A stretch of DNA of 64,000 bases from Malacoraja senta (GCA_038087875.1 CM075990.1:17734001-17798000); one strand, 5' to 3'; shown: positions 13,291 through 26,149, counted from the first letter of the stretch. A program made the numbers and translations. The notes: generated from the letters alone by a model not told the origin.

Positions 13291-14734
13291 CGCTCTCTCC
13301 CTGGTGGGATACTCCACTCTCCTTCGCCCTGTTGACATTATTCAAACGCGAACGCTGGTCGATTGCCAACGCGCGGGCCCCGGGCAAATCTGGAGGTGGG
13401 AACGCTGCCGCTGTCTTACAATCTGAAGGAGCAGCTTCCCCGCTCCGGTAAACTCAGAGATCAAACCCTCAGCCTGCAACATGAAAGATCTTAGATACAA
13501 AAACCTGGAGTAACTCAGCGGGTCAGGGAAGGGTTGAGCCCCTTCTTCAGACTGAAGAACGATGACGTAGAGAGATATGGAACAAATGGATGAAAGATAT
13601 TGAAAATAACGATGGTAAAGGAAGCGGGCCATTGTTAGGTGTGGGCTAGGGGAAACCAGGGACAGACAATGAGACTCAACAAGACGACTTTGAAGCTGGT
13701 GCGTTGGGTGGGGGGGGGGGGAGAGCGGGGGAGGACACGGACACACTGAGTTCCTCCAGCAGTTTGATTTTTTTGCTCAAGATTCGAGTATCTGCAGTTT
13801 CTTGTGTTTTGAAGATTCACCTTCGACCCATGGTGGAAACAGAAAGAGCGGATCACTCACTGTGTGAGGTGCCCACCTGACACTGTCCCCAGTGTGGGTG
13901 AGTGTTGATATCTGGGGGGAGGGGGCGGGGAGAATAAAAATGGAATTAATGTGGGAGTATGTAAATAGTGTTCGGCGATTGGTACAAACTCAATGGGCCG
14001 AAGGGCCTGTTAACGTCACATGACCGTCTGACTATTCTAATGAGCTTTGTGTATCCTAGAAGTGTACTATATCCAGGATATGTATCCATTATCAGGGCTC
14101 CAATTGGAAGGCAGCGGTAGTAAAATCAAGGGTTTAAACCACCTGGATTTTCAGTGGGATTTCTGTTTATGTCCAGTCTCTGAGTTGCACCTTAGTCGGT
14201 ACACACGGTGCTGGAGTAACTCAGCGGGTCAGACAGCATCTCAGGATGCTGAATTACTCCAGCACCTATCCCAGCAGCTGCAGTTCCTTCTGTCTCTCAC
14301 TCTGTTCACACAGCTCTGCGCTGACAATAATTCTCCAAGTCCACGTGAATAATTTATAAGGTTGTAAGGACCTCTAAAGAGAATGTGAGAGAATGTGGAG
14401 AATATCGTTTAGGGAAAAAACTATTAAAGGCAGCCCAGGGAGTGTGAGGCAGAGAAAGAGTCTCTCACTGACCTCGCACAGTGGAGGCCACTATCAGCCT
14501 GGGAGATAACACATGGGTGGCATGGACAGTTCAGGAGTGAAGGGGTTAAAATCGTTGCCCCCTCAGTCCCGACAAGCAACAGATCCGCCACTTTGTTCTG
14601 CACCATTTCTGTTCATTACTTTGAGTTTGTGCAAAGTTTGTGAGAATGCGCTGTTAGATTCTGCAGTGAAACAGCCTTGCCCATTGACGTCAAAAGTCTC
14701 TTAATAAATCCGCACTATCCAGCAAGCTTTAGTG

Positions 14735-16117
14735 CATGAAACATTGAACAGTGCAGCCCAGGAACAGGCTCTTTGGCACACAATGTCTGTACCGAACATG
14801 ATGCCATCAAACTAATCACATCTGCCTACACTTGATCCACATCTGTCCAATCCATGCATTACCAAGTGTCTATCTAGCCGCTCCCTCAACACCACGATCA
14901 TATCTGCCTCCATCACTACCCCTGGCAGCGCACTCAAGGACCCCCCCCCCCCCCAACTCTCTGTGTACAAATCTGTCCTAAGCATCTTTATTAACGTTTC
15001 ACCCTTTAAAGCTATGCCCTCTACTATTTGACATTTCCATCCTGGGAAAATGTACTTATTGTTTACCCCGTCTCTGCCTTTCATAGTTTTATAAATGTCT
15101 ACCAGACCTTCCCACAGCCTCTGACACTCTAGAGAAATCAATCCGTTTATCCAATCTCTCCTTAAAGCTAATACCCTCAAATCCAGGTAGGGGATGTTCA
15201 TGTTAAACTCTATCGTGTATTGTGTTATTTGTATTTGTATGGCAGGATGGGGACTCAAATCTCACTGTACCATGGGTGCAGGTGACAATAAATGTAACTT
15301 GAACTTGATTCAGGTAAACGTCCTCTGCGCCCTCTCCAAAGCCCCCACACCGTATTTGTAACGGGGCGACCAGAATTGCTCGCAATACTCCAAATACAGC
15401 TTCATCAAAGTCCTTTAGAGCAACAACATAACTTCCTGATTAAAGCACTGACCAATGAAGGCAAGCATACCACATGCATTCTTTCCCACTCTATCTATTT
15501 GAGCTATGGATTTAGACTCCAAGACCCCTCTCTACATTAATACTGTTACAAGTCTTGCCATTATCGATATACTTTCCACTTTCATTCAACCTCCTAAAGT
15601 GCGACACCTCACACTTGTTTAGATTAAATTCCATCTGTCATTGCTGTAGCTGATCTATATATTGTCGGAATGTCCGCCAGTTATTGTCTGTTAATTTACT
15701 AACCAACCCATCTACATTTACATCCAAGTCATTTATACACATCACAAACAGCGGAGGTCCCAGCACAGATGTCAGCAGAACTCCACTCGCCACAGATCTT
15801 CAGTCAGAATAACACCAACCCATGGGTTAAGCCAGTTCTGATTCAAAGTGACCGAGTCACTGTGACCCATGCCTTAATCTCCCGGATCAGCCCACCACCG
15901 GGGACTTTATCAAAAGCCTTACCATGTAGACAACACCCACCAACCTACGCTCATCGATTACCTTCGTCACCTCAAAAAAAACCTCGATCATGTTCGTAAG
16001 ACATGACAACCGTGTACAAACCCTAACCCTAACCCTAACCGGGCTGACGATTCCAAATGAACCCATTCTCTTTCACGTGCAAGTAAATGACATCCCAAAG
16101 AATCCTCTCCAATAGTT
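14735..16117 (-). mobile_element. Decayed CR1 LINE (minus strand), cut by the assembly gap
   Basis: ORF 14812-15258(-) has degenerate CR1 C-terminal motifs (LISLECQRL..LVDIYK, RLDRHL); RT-like sequence continues to the gap. Confidence 0.75.
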
Positions 16118-16317
16118 NNNNNNNNNNNNNNNNNNNNNNNNNNNNNNNNNNNNNNNNNNNNNNNNNNNNNNNNNNNNNNNNNNNNNNNNNNNNNNNNNNN
16201 NNNNNNNNNNNNNNNNNNNNNNNNNNNNNNNNNNNNNNNNNNNNNNNNNNNNNNNNNNNNNNNNNNNNNNNNNNNNNNNNNNNNNNNNNNNNNNNNNNNN
16301 NNNNNNNNNNNNNNNNN
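16118..16317. other. Assembly gap (200 N)
   Basis: Run of 200 n. Confidence 1.
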
Positions 16318-18939
16318 TGACATGGACGAGCTGGAAGCCTCTGTGCTGAGAATCATGTCTGAGGACGGGTCTGGGGAAGGAGTGGACGAGGAAGAGTCAA
16401 CCAGGCAGGAGGATGGTGAAGATAAGGACGAGGCAACCACAGCCGAAGCCTCGGATGAAGAGGAGGCCGAGAGGAGCAGTGGAACTAAGGAAGACAGCGC
16501 AGAGGAAGGCGGCATAGAGAGTAACGAATCTGAGGAGAAAGTCACTGCATCTGGAGCAGAGAGTGACGCGGGTGCAACAGAAAGCAAATGTGGGGAAGAG
16601 CGTGTAGATGACAGCGCTGCCCAGGCGGAGGGAGGGATGGTGGAGGAGAGTGCAGGTAGTGAAGAGGAGGCTAGAGAGGGAGAAAGCAAAGAGGGAAAAG
16701 CTTTAGAAAGCGAAGAAATTGGTAAATCAATTGAACAGTCTGAAAAGCAAAATCTTACCAAGAGGAAAGACGCCGACGAGGAAAAACTATCAGAAAGAAA
16801 ACCAGAGAGAGAAGATATTACAGGAATCACGGAGTCTAATGAGCAGGAAGCAGCAGAAACAAAAGCAGCGGCTGAAGAGGTTAGCACAAGCGATAAAACC
16901 GAGAGTGTGAAACAAGGAGCAATGGAGGAAAGTCACCGTAAAGAGGGAAGAAGCGGCAAGGGACAGCGTGAAGAGCGAGTACATCAACAGCAGGAGGAGT
17001 TGAAAGTAATGAACCAAAAAGCAACTGTTGCGTCTGAAGTTAGAGGGGAAAGTGAGGGTCATAAGAAAGAGGATAAAGTGGAGCAATATCCACAGAAAGC
17101 AAAAGAGGAATCACAAGGAGACAAGAGAGAAACTGCTCCCCAAGTGTTAGCAAAAGAAAGCGAAAGTCAGAAAGCTAAAGTTGAAACAAGGGAAGAAATA
17201 ACAACGCCTGAGATGAATGGGCAAGTGGAGAAATCACACCATCAGATAGAAGGCAACAAGAAAGCCTATATTTCCAAGGAGGGGGAAGAAGCCAGTCAAG
17301 AGAAAGAAGTAACAATGGAAGAACAGAGTGAGAAAGAGAAAGTAGAAAGTGAAGAAAATGTAGAGAAAATCTCAGTAGAAAGTGTGGAAGAAAAAAATGT
17401 AGCTGAAACTCCCAAAAGCAAGGACCAACAATCAGGGGACAGTGGCCCACAATCAGGAGACAAGACTCAACAGTCTGGGGACAAGAGTCCACTATCAGGA
17501 GACAAGAGCCCACAGTCTGGGGACAAGAGTCCACTGTCAGGAGACAAGAGCCCACAATTAGGGGACAAGACTCAACAGTCTGGGGACAAGAGTCCACTGC
17601 CAGGAGACAAGAGCCCACAGTCTGGGGACAAGAGTCCACTATTAGGGGACAAGACTCAACAGTCTGGGGACAAGAGTCCACTGTCAGGAGATAAAAGTCC
17701 ACAATCAGGAGACAAGAGTCCACAGTCTGGGGACAAGAGTCCACAATTAGGGGACAAGAGTCCACAGTCTGGGGACAAGAGTCCACTGTCAGGAGATAAA
17801 AGTCTACAATTAGGAGACAAGAGCCCACAGTCTGGGGACAAGGGTCCACTATCAGGAGACAAGAGCCCACAGTCTGGGGACAAGAGTCCACTATCAGGAG
17901 ACAAGAGTCCACAATTAGGGGACAAGAGTCCACAGTCTGGGGACAAGAGTCCACAATCAGGGGACAAGAATCCACAGTCTGGGGACAAGAGTCCACAGTC
18001 TGGGGACAAGAGTCCACAGTCTGGGGACAAGAGTCCACTATCAGGAGACAAGAGTTCACAATCAGGGGACAAGAGTCCACAGTCTGGGGACAAGAGTCCA
18101 CAATCAGGGGACAAGAGTCCACAGTCTGGGGACAAGAGTCCACTATCAGGAGACAAGGGTCCACAGTCTGGGGACAAGAGTCCACAATCAGGAGACAAGA
18201 GTCCACAATCACGAGACAAGAGTCCACAATTAGGGGACAAGAGTCCACAGTCTGGGGACAAGAGTCCACTATCAGGAGACAAGGGTCCACAGTCTGGGGA
18301 CAAGAGTCCACTATCAGGAGACAAGGGTCCACAGTCTGGGACAAGAGTCCACAATCAGGAGACAAGAGTCCACAATCACGAGACAAGAGTCCACAATTAG
18401 GGGACAAGAGTCCACAGTCTGGGGACAAGAGTCCACTATCAGGGGACAAGAGTCCACAGTCTGGGGACAAGAGTCCACAATCAGGGGACAAGAGTCCACA
18501 ATCAGGGGACAAGAGTCCACAGTCGGCGGAGAAGATCCCACCGTTTGGGGACAAAGAAACACAGTCTGGGGAGAGGAGCCCGCAGTTAGGGGAGAGGGTC
18601 ACAGGGTCAGGAGACAGAAGCCCACAGCCTGGAGACAAAGGACTACAGTCGGGAGATAAGGTCGCACAGTCAGGAGACAAGCGCCCACCGTCTGGGGACA
18701 AGGACTCAGTGGCCATCATAAATGGGCTGGACATCAACATGGATAATGAAGAAAGTGAATCTGAAATTGACAAGAAGATGCCAAATACCTCAGAGGTCAT
18801 TCAGAAGATCACCGAGAAGACAACTGAGCACACAAAGATATCTAAAGTCTCCATCACCCGCACAGTGAATGAGGATATGAAGACGGTGGTAACAGTGGCC
18901 AAAGCAGATCCAAAGAGTGATGCCAAAGAAAGTAAATGA
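16318..18939 (+). CDS. Terminal (tail) exon of a neurofilament medium/heavy-like protein with KSP repeats; 5' exons missing in gap; apparent 1-bp deletion at 18338-18340
   Basis: Glu/Lys-rich ORF 16322-18340, then about 61 heptads containing 41 KSP motifs. Restoring one G joins ORF 18709-18939 (AIINGLDIN...IQKITEK...KVSITRTV), which resembles the NEFM C-terminus (VVTNGLDLS...EKITSE...KSVTVTQKV, from memory). The start DMDELEASVLRIMSEDG aligns with NMAELEADYKIVMDQEG of the neighbouring neurofilament gene. Confidence 0.85.
17432..18711 (+). repeat. Coding 21-bp tandem repeat (TCTGGGGACAAGAGTCCACAG, SGDKSPQ), about 61 units
   Basis: Counted by hand: 52 well-conserved and 9 degenerate heptads. 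Confidence 0.95.
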
Positions 18940-19306
18940 AGACCGAGGCAGCATTAGTTCTTCGATGAGAGAAATGCATGTTTCACAGCAGAGCGGGCAC
19001 TGCAGAATTTCCAGATCATAGAAATTAAACTCATGATTGTCCAACGGGAAGTGTGAGAATTTCTCAGGGGAGAATAATTTTAGTTTTAATTTAATGCATG
19101 AATAATTGCACAACTAAACATTTGCCATGGGGTGCTTTGACTTTGACGAGTAGATTTAACGATACTAAACACAGCATAATAATTTTTTTGTTGCTATTAA
19201 TCTATTGAAGTACATGCACATTGTGTATTGGGATTTTGACACTTTTGATGAACTGCTCCACCAACTGTTGCCACAAATACAATCAACCAACAAAGAGCCA
19301 ACCACA

Positions 19307-19312
19307 AATAAA
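19307..19312 (+). terminator. Candidate polyadenylation signal of the KSP neurofilament gene
   Basis: AATAAA about 370 bp after the TGA, at the end of an AT-rich 3' UTR-like stretch. Confidence 0.5.
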
Positions 19313-20050
19313 TGCACTTTGTCCGAGAAACCAGACCTGTTTAACACGATTCATTTATGTGAACCAGTGACTCGGGCTACCTTCACATTTAATCATTCCG
19401 CCTGCAACAGTCATTTCTTCACCTCTCCCCCAACCCCTCCTCCTTTTAGTTGATCTTTGAAATCTCTCCCTTTCTACTCAGTTTTCACCCAAACCTCATC
19501 TCATATTGCTGGGTATTTAGTTTGAGAGCTCTGCTTGGGAAGGGAATTACATCAAAAGCACCAAGTAAATACAATATGTGGTTTATCTTCATCCAATACA
19601 CGCTGGATATTTTGTTGCCTGGACTTTGACTTAATGCAACCTCCCTACTACAACAGATACAACAATTAACACAGTGAATCACAGTCTAGATTAGAGCAGT
19701 TTCCTGTTGTACGCACCAGGCTGCAGCGGAATTCCTTGTTCACGTGAATAATAAATACCACAATAAACACAACAGCGAGCGCACACCAGCAGAATGGTGC
19801 AGGACTGTAGTAAATCTGAAGTAGTGCACAAATAATATTAAAGCACAATAACTGAATAACTAATGAAGTAGAGTTAAAGGTCGGAGTATGCGGCAGCAAC
19901 TCCGTGGTGATTGGATCAGGAGTCTGACGGCAGTGCGGCTTTCGAGCTTCCCAGCTTCTGCATCCTCACCCACAAGGGGCATCATTGACGATACTTCCAG
20001 CTCTCCTGATGCAACGCACCATGAAGATGGACTGGATGGAACAACAGGAG

Positions 20051-20058
20051 CGAGAGCG

Positions 20059-20109
<51 letters not shown>
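20051..20109. repeat. (GA)n microsatellite
   Basis: Directly visible. Confidence 0.95.
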
Positions 20110-20113
<4 letters not shown>

Positions 20114-20640
20114 GTGAGTGAGCGCAGAGTTGAGACAAAGTGAGAGAGCGATGAGACAGACGAGAGGGAGAGAGGCACACACACACCAAGGCCCATGGAG
20201 AGCCAAGGACAGAGTGAGAGAGGGCCTGAGGAGTAGGAGCTGTGTGTTCTGTGGCGATGACAGGTCTACCGTGCCCGCAGCTCCACTACGCTGCTGGGTC
20301 TCCGATCGTCTATCGATCCGAGCCTGTTGTGGGCTGTGTGACTAGGAAACCCCAATGGCCCGCCCCCGTCTGGGCGCAGAGAATCCCCCCCCCCCTATCC
20401 CCGCAACCACCATCCTCCCGCAACCCCCTCCCCACCTCCCCCCTCCCCAATCTCTCTCCCCCTACACCTCCACCCTCTCAACCCCCTCCCCCATCTTCCC
20501 CACTCCTCCAATCTCCCACACCTCCACCCATTGATGGAGATAAAATAGTGACAAATTGTGCATTACAATGCAGAAACCATTTACTTAATATAACATCAGC
20601 ACAGAAGTTAAAAGGATTTCAAATGTCAGACTTCACCTTT

Positions 20641-21372
20641 AGGTAGACAAAAAATGCTGGAGAAACTCAGCTGCGTGTGGGGGGGGGGGGGGATTAGAGA
20701 CGTCACTGTTCATACCGCTGGGGTGTAAACTACACAAGTGAAATATAAGGTGCTGTTCCTCCAATTTGTGCTGGGCCTCACTTTGGCAATGGAGGAGGCC
20801 CAGGACAGAAAGATCAGAGTGGGAATGGGAGGGGGATTGAAGTGCTGAGCAACCGAGCGATCAGGTTGGTTAAGACGGACTGAGCGGAGATGTTCAGCGA
20901 AGCGATCGCCGAGCCTGCGCTTGGTCTCGCCGATGTAGAGAAGTTGACAACTGGAACAGCGGATGCAGTAGATGATGTTGGAGGGGGTGCAGGTGAACCT
21001 CTGCCTCACCTGGAAAGACTGAGTTGGTCCTTGGATGGAGTTGTGGGGGAGGTAAAGGGACAATTGTTGCATTCGCTGCGGTTGCAGGGGAAAGTACCCG
21101 GGGAGGGGGAGGTTTGGGTGGGAAGGGACAAATTGACCATGGAATTACGGAGGGAACGGTCTCTGCGAAAAGCAGAAAGGTGAGACAATGGGAAGATGTG
21201 GCCAGTAGTCTTTTTCCTGTCCACCCCACCACCCCCGACATCAGTCAGAAGAAGGGTCTCGAACTGAGACGTCGCCAATTCCTTCTCTCCATAGATGCTG
21301 CCTCACCCGCTGAGTTTCTCCAGCATTTTTTGTCTACCTTTGATTTTTGCAGCATCTGCAGTTCTTTCTTAA
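20641..21372 (-). mobile_element. Penelope-like retroelement fragment (GIY-YIG endonuclease) with inverted terminal-repeat copies
   Basis: ORF 20710-21072(-): QVRQRFTCTPSNIIYCIRCSSCQLLYIGETKRRLGDRFAEHLRSV. 20641-20670 is the reverse complement of about 21310-21339. Confidence 0.88.
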
Positions 21373-21384
21373 ACACTTCACCTT

Positions 21385-21682
21385 TAGTTTAGTTCAGAGA
21401 TACAGCGCGGAAATAGGCCCTTCGGCCCACCGAGTCCACACCGACCAGCGATCCCCGCATATTCACACAATCCTAAACACGCTAGGGACAATTTACATTT
21501 ATACCAAGCCAATTAACCTACAAACCTGCACGTCTTGGGGGTGTGGGGGGGAACCGAAGAAAACCCACATAGGTCATGAGGAGAATGTACAAACTCCGGA
21601 CAGACAGTACCATAGTCAAGATCGAACCCGGGCCTCTGGCGCTGTAAGGCGGAAACTCTACCGCTGCGCCACTGCGCCGCCC
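21385..21682 (-). mobile_element. tRNA-derived SINE (HE1/V-SINE-like)
   Basis: Minus-strand head GGGCGGCGCAGTGGCGCAGCGGTAGAG (A box) and GGTTCGATC (B box), central gagtttgtacattctcc segment, CR1-like tail gggccgaagggcct and (CTAAA)n end. Confidence 0.85.
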
Positions 21683-22089
21683 TTATGCCCTATCTGATGG
21701 GTGGTTTACAATGGAAATCAAATTAAAAACACAATTAAACGTGTCTGAATTGAAGGAGGCTGAGGGATGATCTTATAGAGGTGTATATAGCCTGGTCCAT
21801 ATCTGGTGTGTGGTCTGCGACATTCAATGCGTGAGCTCCGCCAACACTTCCCGTCTCATCCACTCTGAGCTCACGGGTCCCTCTGCACCACAACCCTTCA
21901 CTGCGGGGACACACGCTTACAAGTTTAGTTGCGCAATGATCTATATTTCCTCCGTCATCAGCAATAAATACTGCAAGCAAGTGAATAGATATCTTCTAAA
22001 CGTCTGGTGGGACTGAGATCGCACGTTCCCCATTCTGCTGTCTATACAGTCTCTAAAATAAGCTCAGCATTAGAGGGAGAACCTACAGC

Positions 22090-22560
22090 AGATTCTAGTG
22101 TTGACAGCACCCTGAACCATGATGTGGATCTATTCCACAGTAAATTGATCAACTGTACCTGTCCAAATGTTTTTTTAATGTTATAGTACCCGCCTCACCT
22201 ACCTGCCTCAACTACCTGCCTCAACTACCTGCCTCAACTACCTGCCTCAACTATCTCCTGTGGCAGCTCGTTTCATCCACCAACCACCAACACCACACAG
22301 AGGGAAAAGCTGCCCCACAGATTTCTATTAAATCTTTCTCCTCACCTGAAACATATGTCCTCTGGTTCTTGATTCACCAACTCTGGATAAAGAACTGTGC
22401 ATTCACCTCATCTATTCCCCGTATGATTTTATACACTCTATAGGATCACCCCTCACCTTCCTGAGCTCCAAGGAATAAAGTTCCAGCTGGCCCATCTTCT
22501 CCCTACAGCTCAGTCTAGGCGACATCCTTGTAAATCCTCTCTGCACTCTTTCCAGGTCAG
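22090..22560 (-). mobile_element. Decayed CR1 3' fragment containing a 13-bp tandem repeat (ACTACCTGCCTCA x4)
   Basis: Reverse complement of CR1 C-terminal sequence (tcacccctcaccttcctgagctccaaggaataaag). Confidence 0.7.
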
Positions 22561-25500
22561 TGACATGATACCATGGCAGGATTAGAACTCAAGTCACTGA
22601 TCTTCTGACTGGGCACCTGGACAGCTCACTTGGTAAGTAACCACTGAGCTCAAAGCCAGGCAGTATCTGTGGAGGCAACGTTTTGGTCGGGACATTCTTC
22701 AGACTGATGCCAGCATGACCTTACTTAAAGACCTTGCGTAAAGAACGGACTGTAATCGCTGAATCACATCGGCCCACACAGTGGCATGCCCTCATAAACA
22801 CTGGAAATTACCATAGGAACATACTACATCTATGCACGCACACGTACACACGCACACATACACACACACAACACACACACGCAATGCACACACATGCATG
22901 CATACACAGTACGCTTACAATCCCTGCAGGTATGCACAAATATCCTGATCTAAAGACAAACCCACTTCACACGGTGCTCCTATTTATTAGAATCTGCTAT
23001 TTATTAGAATCCGTATAGAGTAAAGAAACAGGGATTCTGGCCCATCCTTTGCCAACCATCAAGTGCCCATGTTACACTAATCCTAACCATATGCTTATTC
23101 CACCTGCATTCCCAAAGCATACACACCCCCTCCAATTTCACTCCACAAGCTAACCTCATAAAAGTCAATTGATTTAACCAGAAAAGAGAGAGTATCCTGT
23201 TTATGAAGAAGGGTCTCGATGTCGCTTATCCATTTGCCTCCACAGATCATGCCTGACCCACGGTCTGTATTTTGTTCTAGTGTTCCACTCTCTGCACAAG
23301 AACGATGAGACTGAGTATCTGGAGTCTCCGATGGTGCAAGTATTCCCCATTGCTTCAGTCAGCTGATTATCTGCTTGAGCAAGGATCAGAACAAACTGTC
23401 CTAGCAGAGATGATATGTACTAGTCCTAGTACATCCACTTCACCCCCCTGACACTTCAGGTGGAGAATCTTTAAATTCCTGTATTTGGAAATGGCAAAAT
23501 GCAGAGCAGTAATAGAGGTCCAGTCCACAGTTACAGCGTCCCCTTATATTCCATCTGCGGGGATTGTGAGTGACTGGTGTCTTAGCGGCCGTTCACATGG
23601 TGATCAGCGTTAACTGATGAGATAATACAAGGGGATAGATTAGGTGAGCATAGACAGGCCGGGGCAATGGTATCACTTACTCTGAACAATGCACAGTCTC
23701 CCACCCAAGTCATTCCCTCTTATCTCCTCTCCCACAAGCTGCAAAAGGATGAAAGCACGAACCACCAGATTCAAGGACAGTTTCTTCGCCTGTATTCAGA
23801 CATTTGAACAGACCTCTCATAAGCTAACAATGAATGCCAGATCTCCCAATCTACCCGCTGCTGCATTTACACTTTTTTTTTAAATGCGCTCTTACTCTGT
23901 AGCTGTAAGATTGCATTCTGCACACTGTTTATTTTCTATGTTGTACCATCTGGCGCACACAGGTATATATGATCTGCCTGGATAACATGCAAACCAAAGT
24001 CTTTCACTGTATCTAGGTACACGTAACAACAATGAACCAATATTCTGTCTCTGTCTGGCCTGCTGTTTATGTCGCGATTGTATTGTTAGCGGGTACACAC
24101 CACTCTGAGATAATGCAGAAACATTACCAATGGGATCAAATCCACATGTTTATTCTGGTTCGGTATTCCAAAACTAAAATCAAAGGGGTTAAACAAGGAT
24201 TTCAGTGCAGTGGATATTATATGCAAAGAAAATAGCAATAAAAATGGCACAGCTACCAACGATAATGTTTGAGCACTTGTTTAGTGAAACAGGAAAGCTG
24301 TGCAGCACAAAGTAACTCAGTGGTTAATAATACAGTGAATGTAGTTTGTTATTCATTAATTTGTTGATGACACTCTACGTGAGATATGAACCATAATACG
24401 ATTGTTTTATTAATGAATGTATTGGTATTCCACTGATAAAGTTATCACGACAAGTTCCTCTGCTACTCCCCTCACTCCACACTCCCCCAACTTTTACAAC
24501 ACTGCTGGAGATAACAGGTTCAATACCATGCACAATAGATGATTCTGTTCGTTCCGCATTAAATATTAAGCCTTAAAAGCCATTATTGATCATTGGTTGA
24601 GAGCAGAAGTGAAGTCATCACCAGCGAGAGGCTGCCAGTGTGAACTTGTCACATCCATCATCCCTGCCGAGAGTCCGCACTGCATCCGGAGAGCCGCAGT
24701 ATCTCAAGGCCATTCTCAAAGGCGTCAAGTACCCCAGGCTCTGTGCCACACCATTCCTGTGCGGGCGAGAAGTCAATACAGTAAATGTGTCTGGCTACCT
24801 TCTTTCTGAAATGACGTAAAACAGTTTATGTTCAGAAAAATCACAAACCAAACGGTTTAAAAATAATTAGTTCCTGTGTTCTCAGTAACAGCTCCCACAA
24901 CAGCTGCCATTTGGGATTCACACAGTCTACACAGAGGGATAACAATGGCAGAGGTTGGCAGACAGAGACTTGACGCTGTGTGGTCAGAGAGCAGGACCCA
25001 GAGAGGGATTCCAGAGCATGGACAGTGGGCAGCTGAAACCAATAGTCAGCATCACTCCAGGACTACAGGGGTGGGGATGTGAGGAAATTGTAGCTGCTCG
25101 CTAACATTGCTGAAGCCACAACAAGCCGGGAAGCTCTGAACTGTTTACGTTCCCTGCCACAGGAACAGATTCAGTCATTGCAACGTTAGGGAATCGGATA
25201 ATGAGCCGAGTCCAGAATCTCTGCTCCATGGGCATTCAGTGACCGAAGCTGATATTGTTTGACATTGCGGTAAAGCCGTTCTAACCATATCCGTAGAAAT
25301 ATTTGAACAAGAATATAGGTGGGATGGAAACATCGCCCTCAATTCCATCTGGAATAATTCCCTCTCTTGACTCACAATGCTGCCTTTGTACCCTTTGTCC
25401 CTGAGTGGAATTTCACCCAGACAGCTGGCCATCTCCTGATCAGACCTACTCACACTTTACTACTCTCCTGGTCATCTGTCCTCACCAAATACTTTGTCCA

Positions 25501-25589
25501 CTATCCCTGGTTATTCCTCCACAGTACAAAGGAACATTCAAACTCTCAGCAGGTGTGCTGGACCAAGGAAGGGGGCAGAGAGAACTTGC

Positions 25590-25775
25590 CATAGAGTCAG
25601 AGAGTGATACAGTGTGGAAACAGGCCCTTCAGCCCAACTTGCCCACACTGGCCAACATGTCCCAGCTACACTTGTCCCCTACTCTGGGCAAGAGACTCTG
25701 TGCATCTACCCGATCTATTCCTCTCATGATTTTCTACACCACCAAAAGATCACCCCTCATCCTCCTGCACTCCAT
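25590..25775 (-). mobile_element. CR1 3' fragment, internally deleted
   Basis: Closely matches parts of 28080-28540. Confidence 0.7.
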
Positions 25776-26149
25776 GGAATACAGACCCAGTCCTGGCAAC
25801 ATCCCCGTAAATGCCAGAAGGGTTATTGTAAAGGGGGACCTCAGTGCCAAGGTCAAATGGAGAAACTGGGTGGGTTAAATTTCCAGCATTTTCATTCACG
25901 CTTACATCACTTCAAAGCATCGCTGGTGAAACCCTGGTATATCTGTATGCCAGCTTCGCCCCTTGAGCTATTCATGGTATATCCGTACCCACCCCACTCC
26001 CCAGTCTGACTCCATTGTATATCTGTACCCACCCTTCCCTTGGACTGAGACCCTGGTATATCCATACGACCCTCCCTGAGCTGTCCATGGTATATCCTTA
26101 CCCACCCCACTCCCCTCACCCCCCTTTCGAGCTGAGCTGAGCTGAGCTC

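Noticed and set aside
16322..16324. ATG at 16322 as a true start codon
   Set aside because: It lies 4 bp after the gap and aligns to an internal Met in the paralogue's tail exon.
17175..18800. Long antisense ORFs over the KSP array
   Set aside because: Shadow frames of the coding repeat.
21610..21682. tRNA gene
   Set aside because: The A and B boxes form the head of a roughly 300-bp SINE with a CR1-like tail; I could not form a full cloverleaf.
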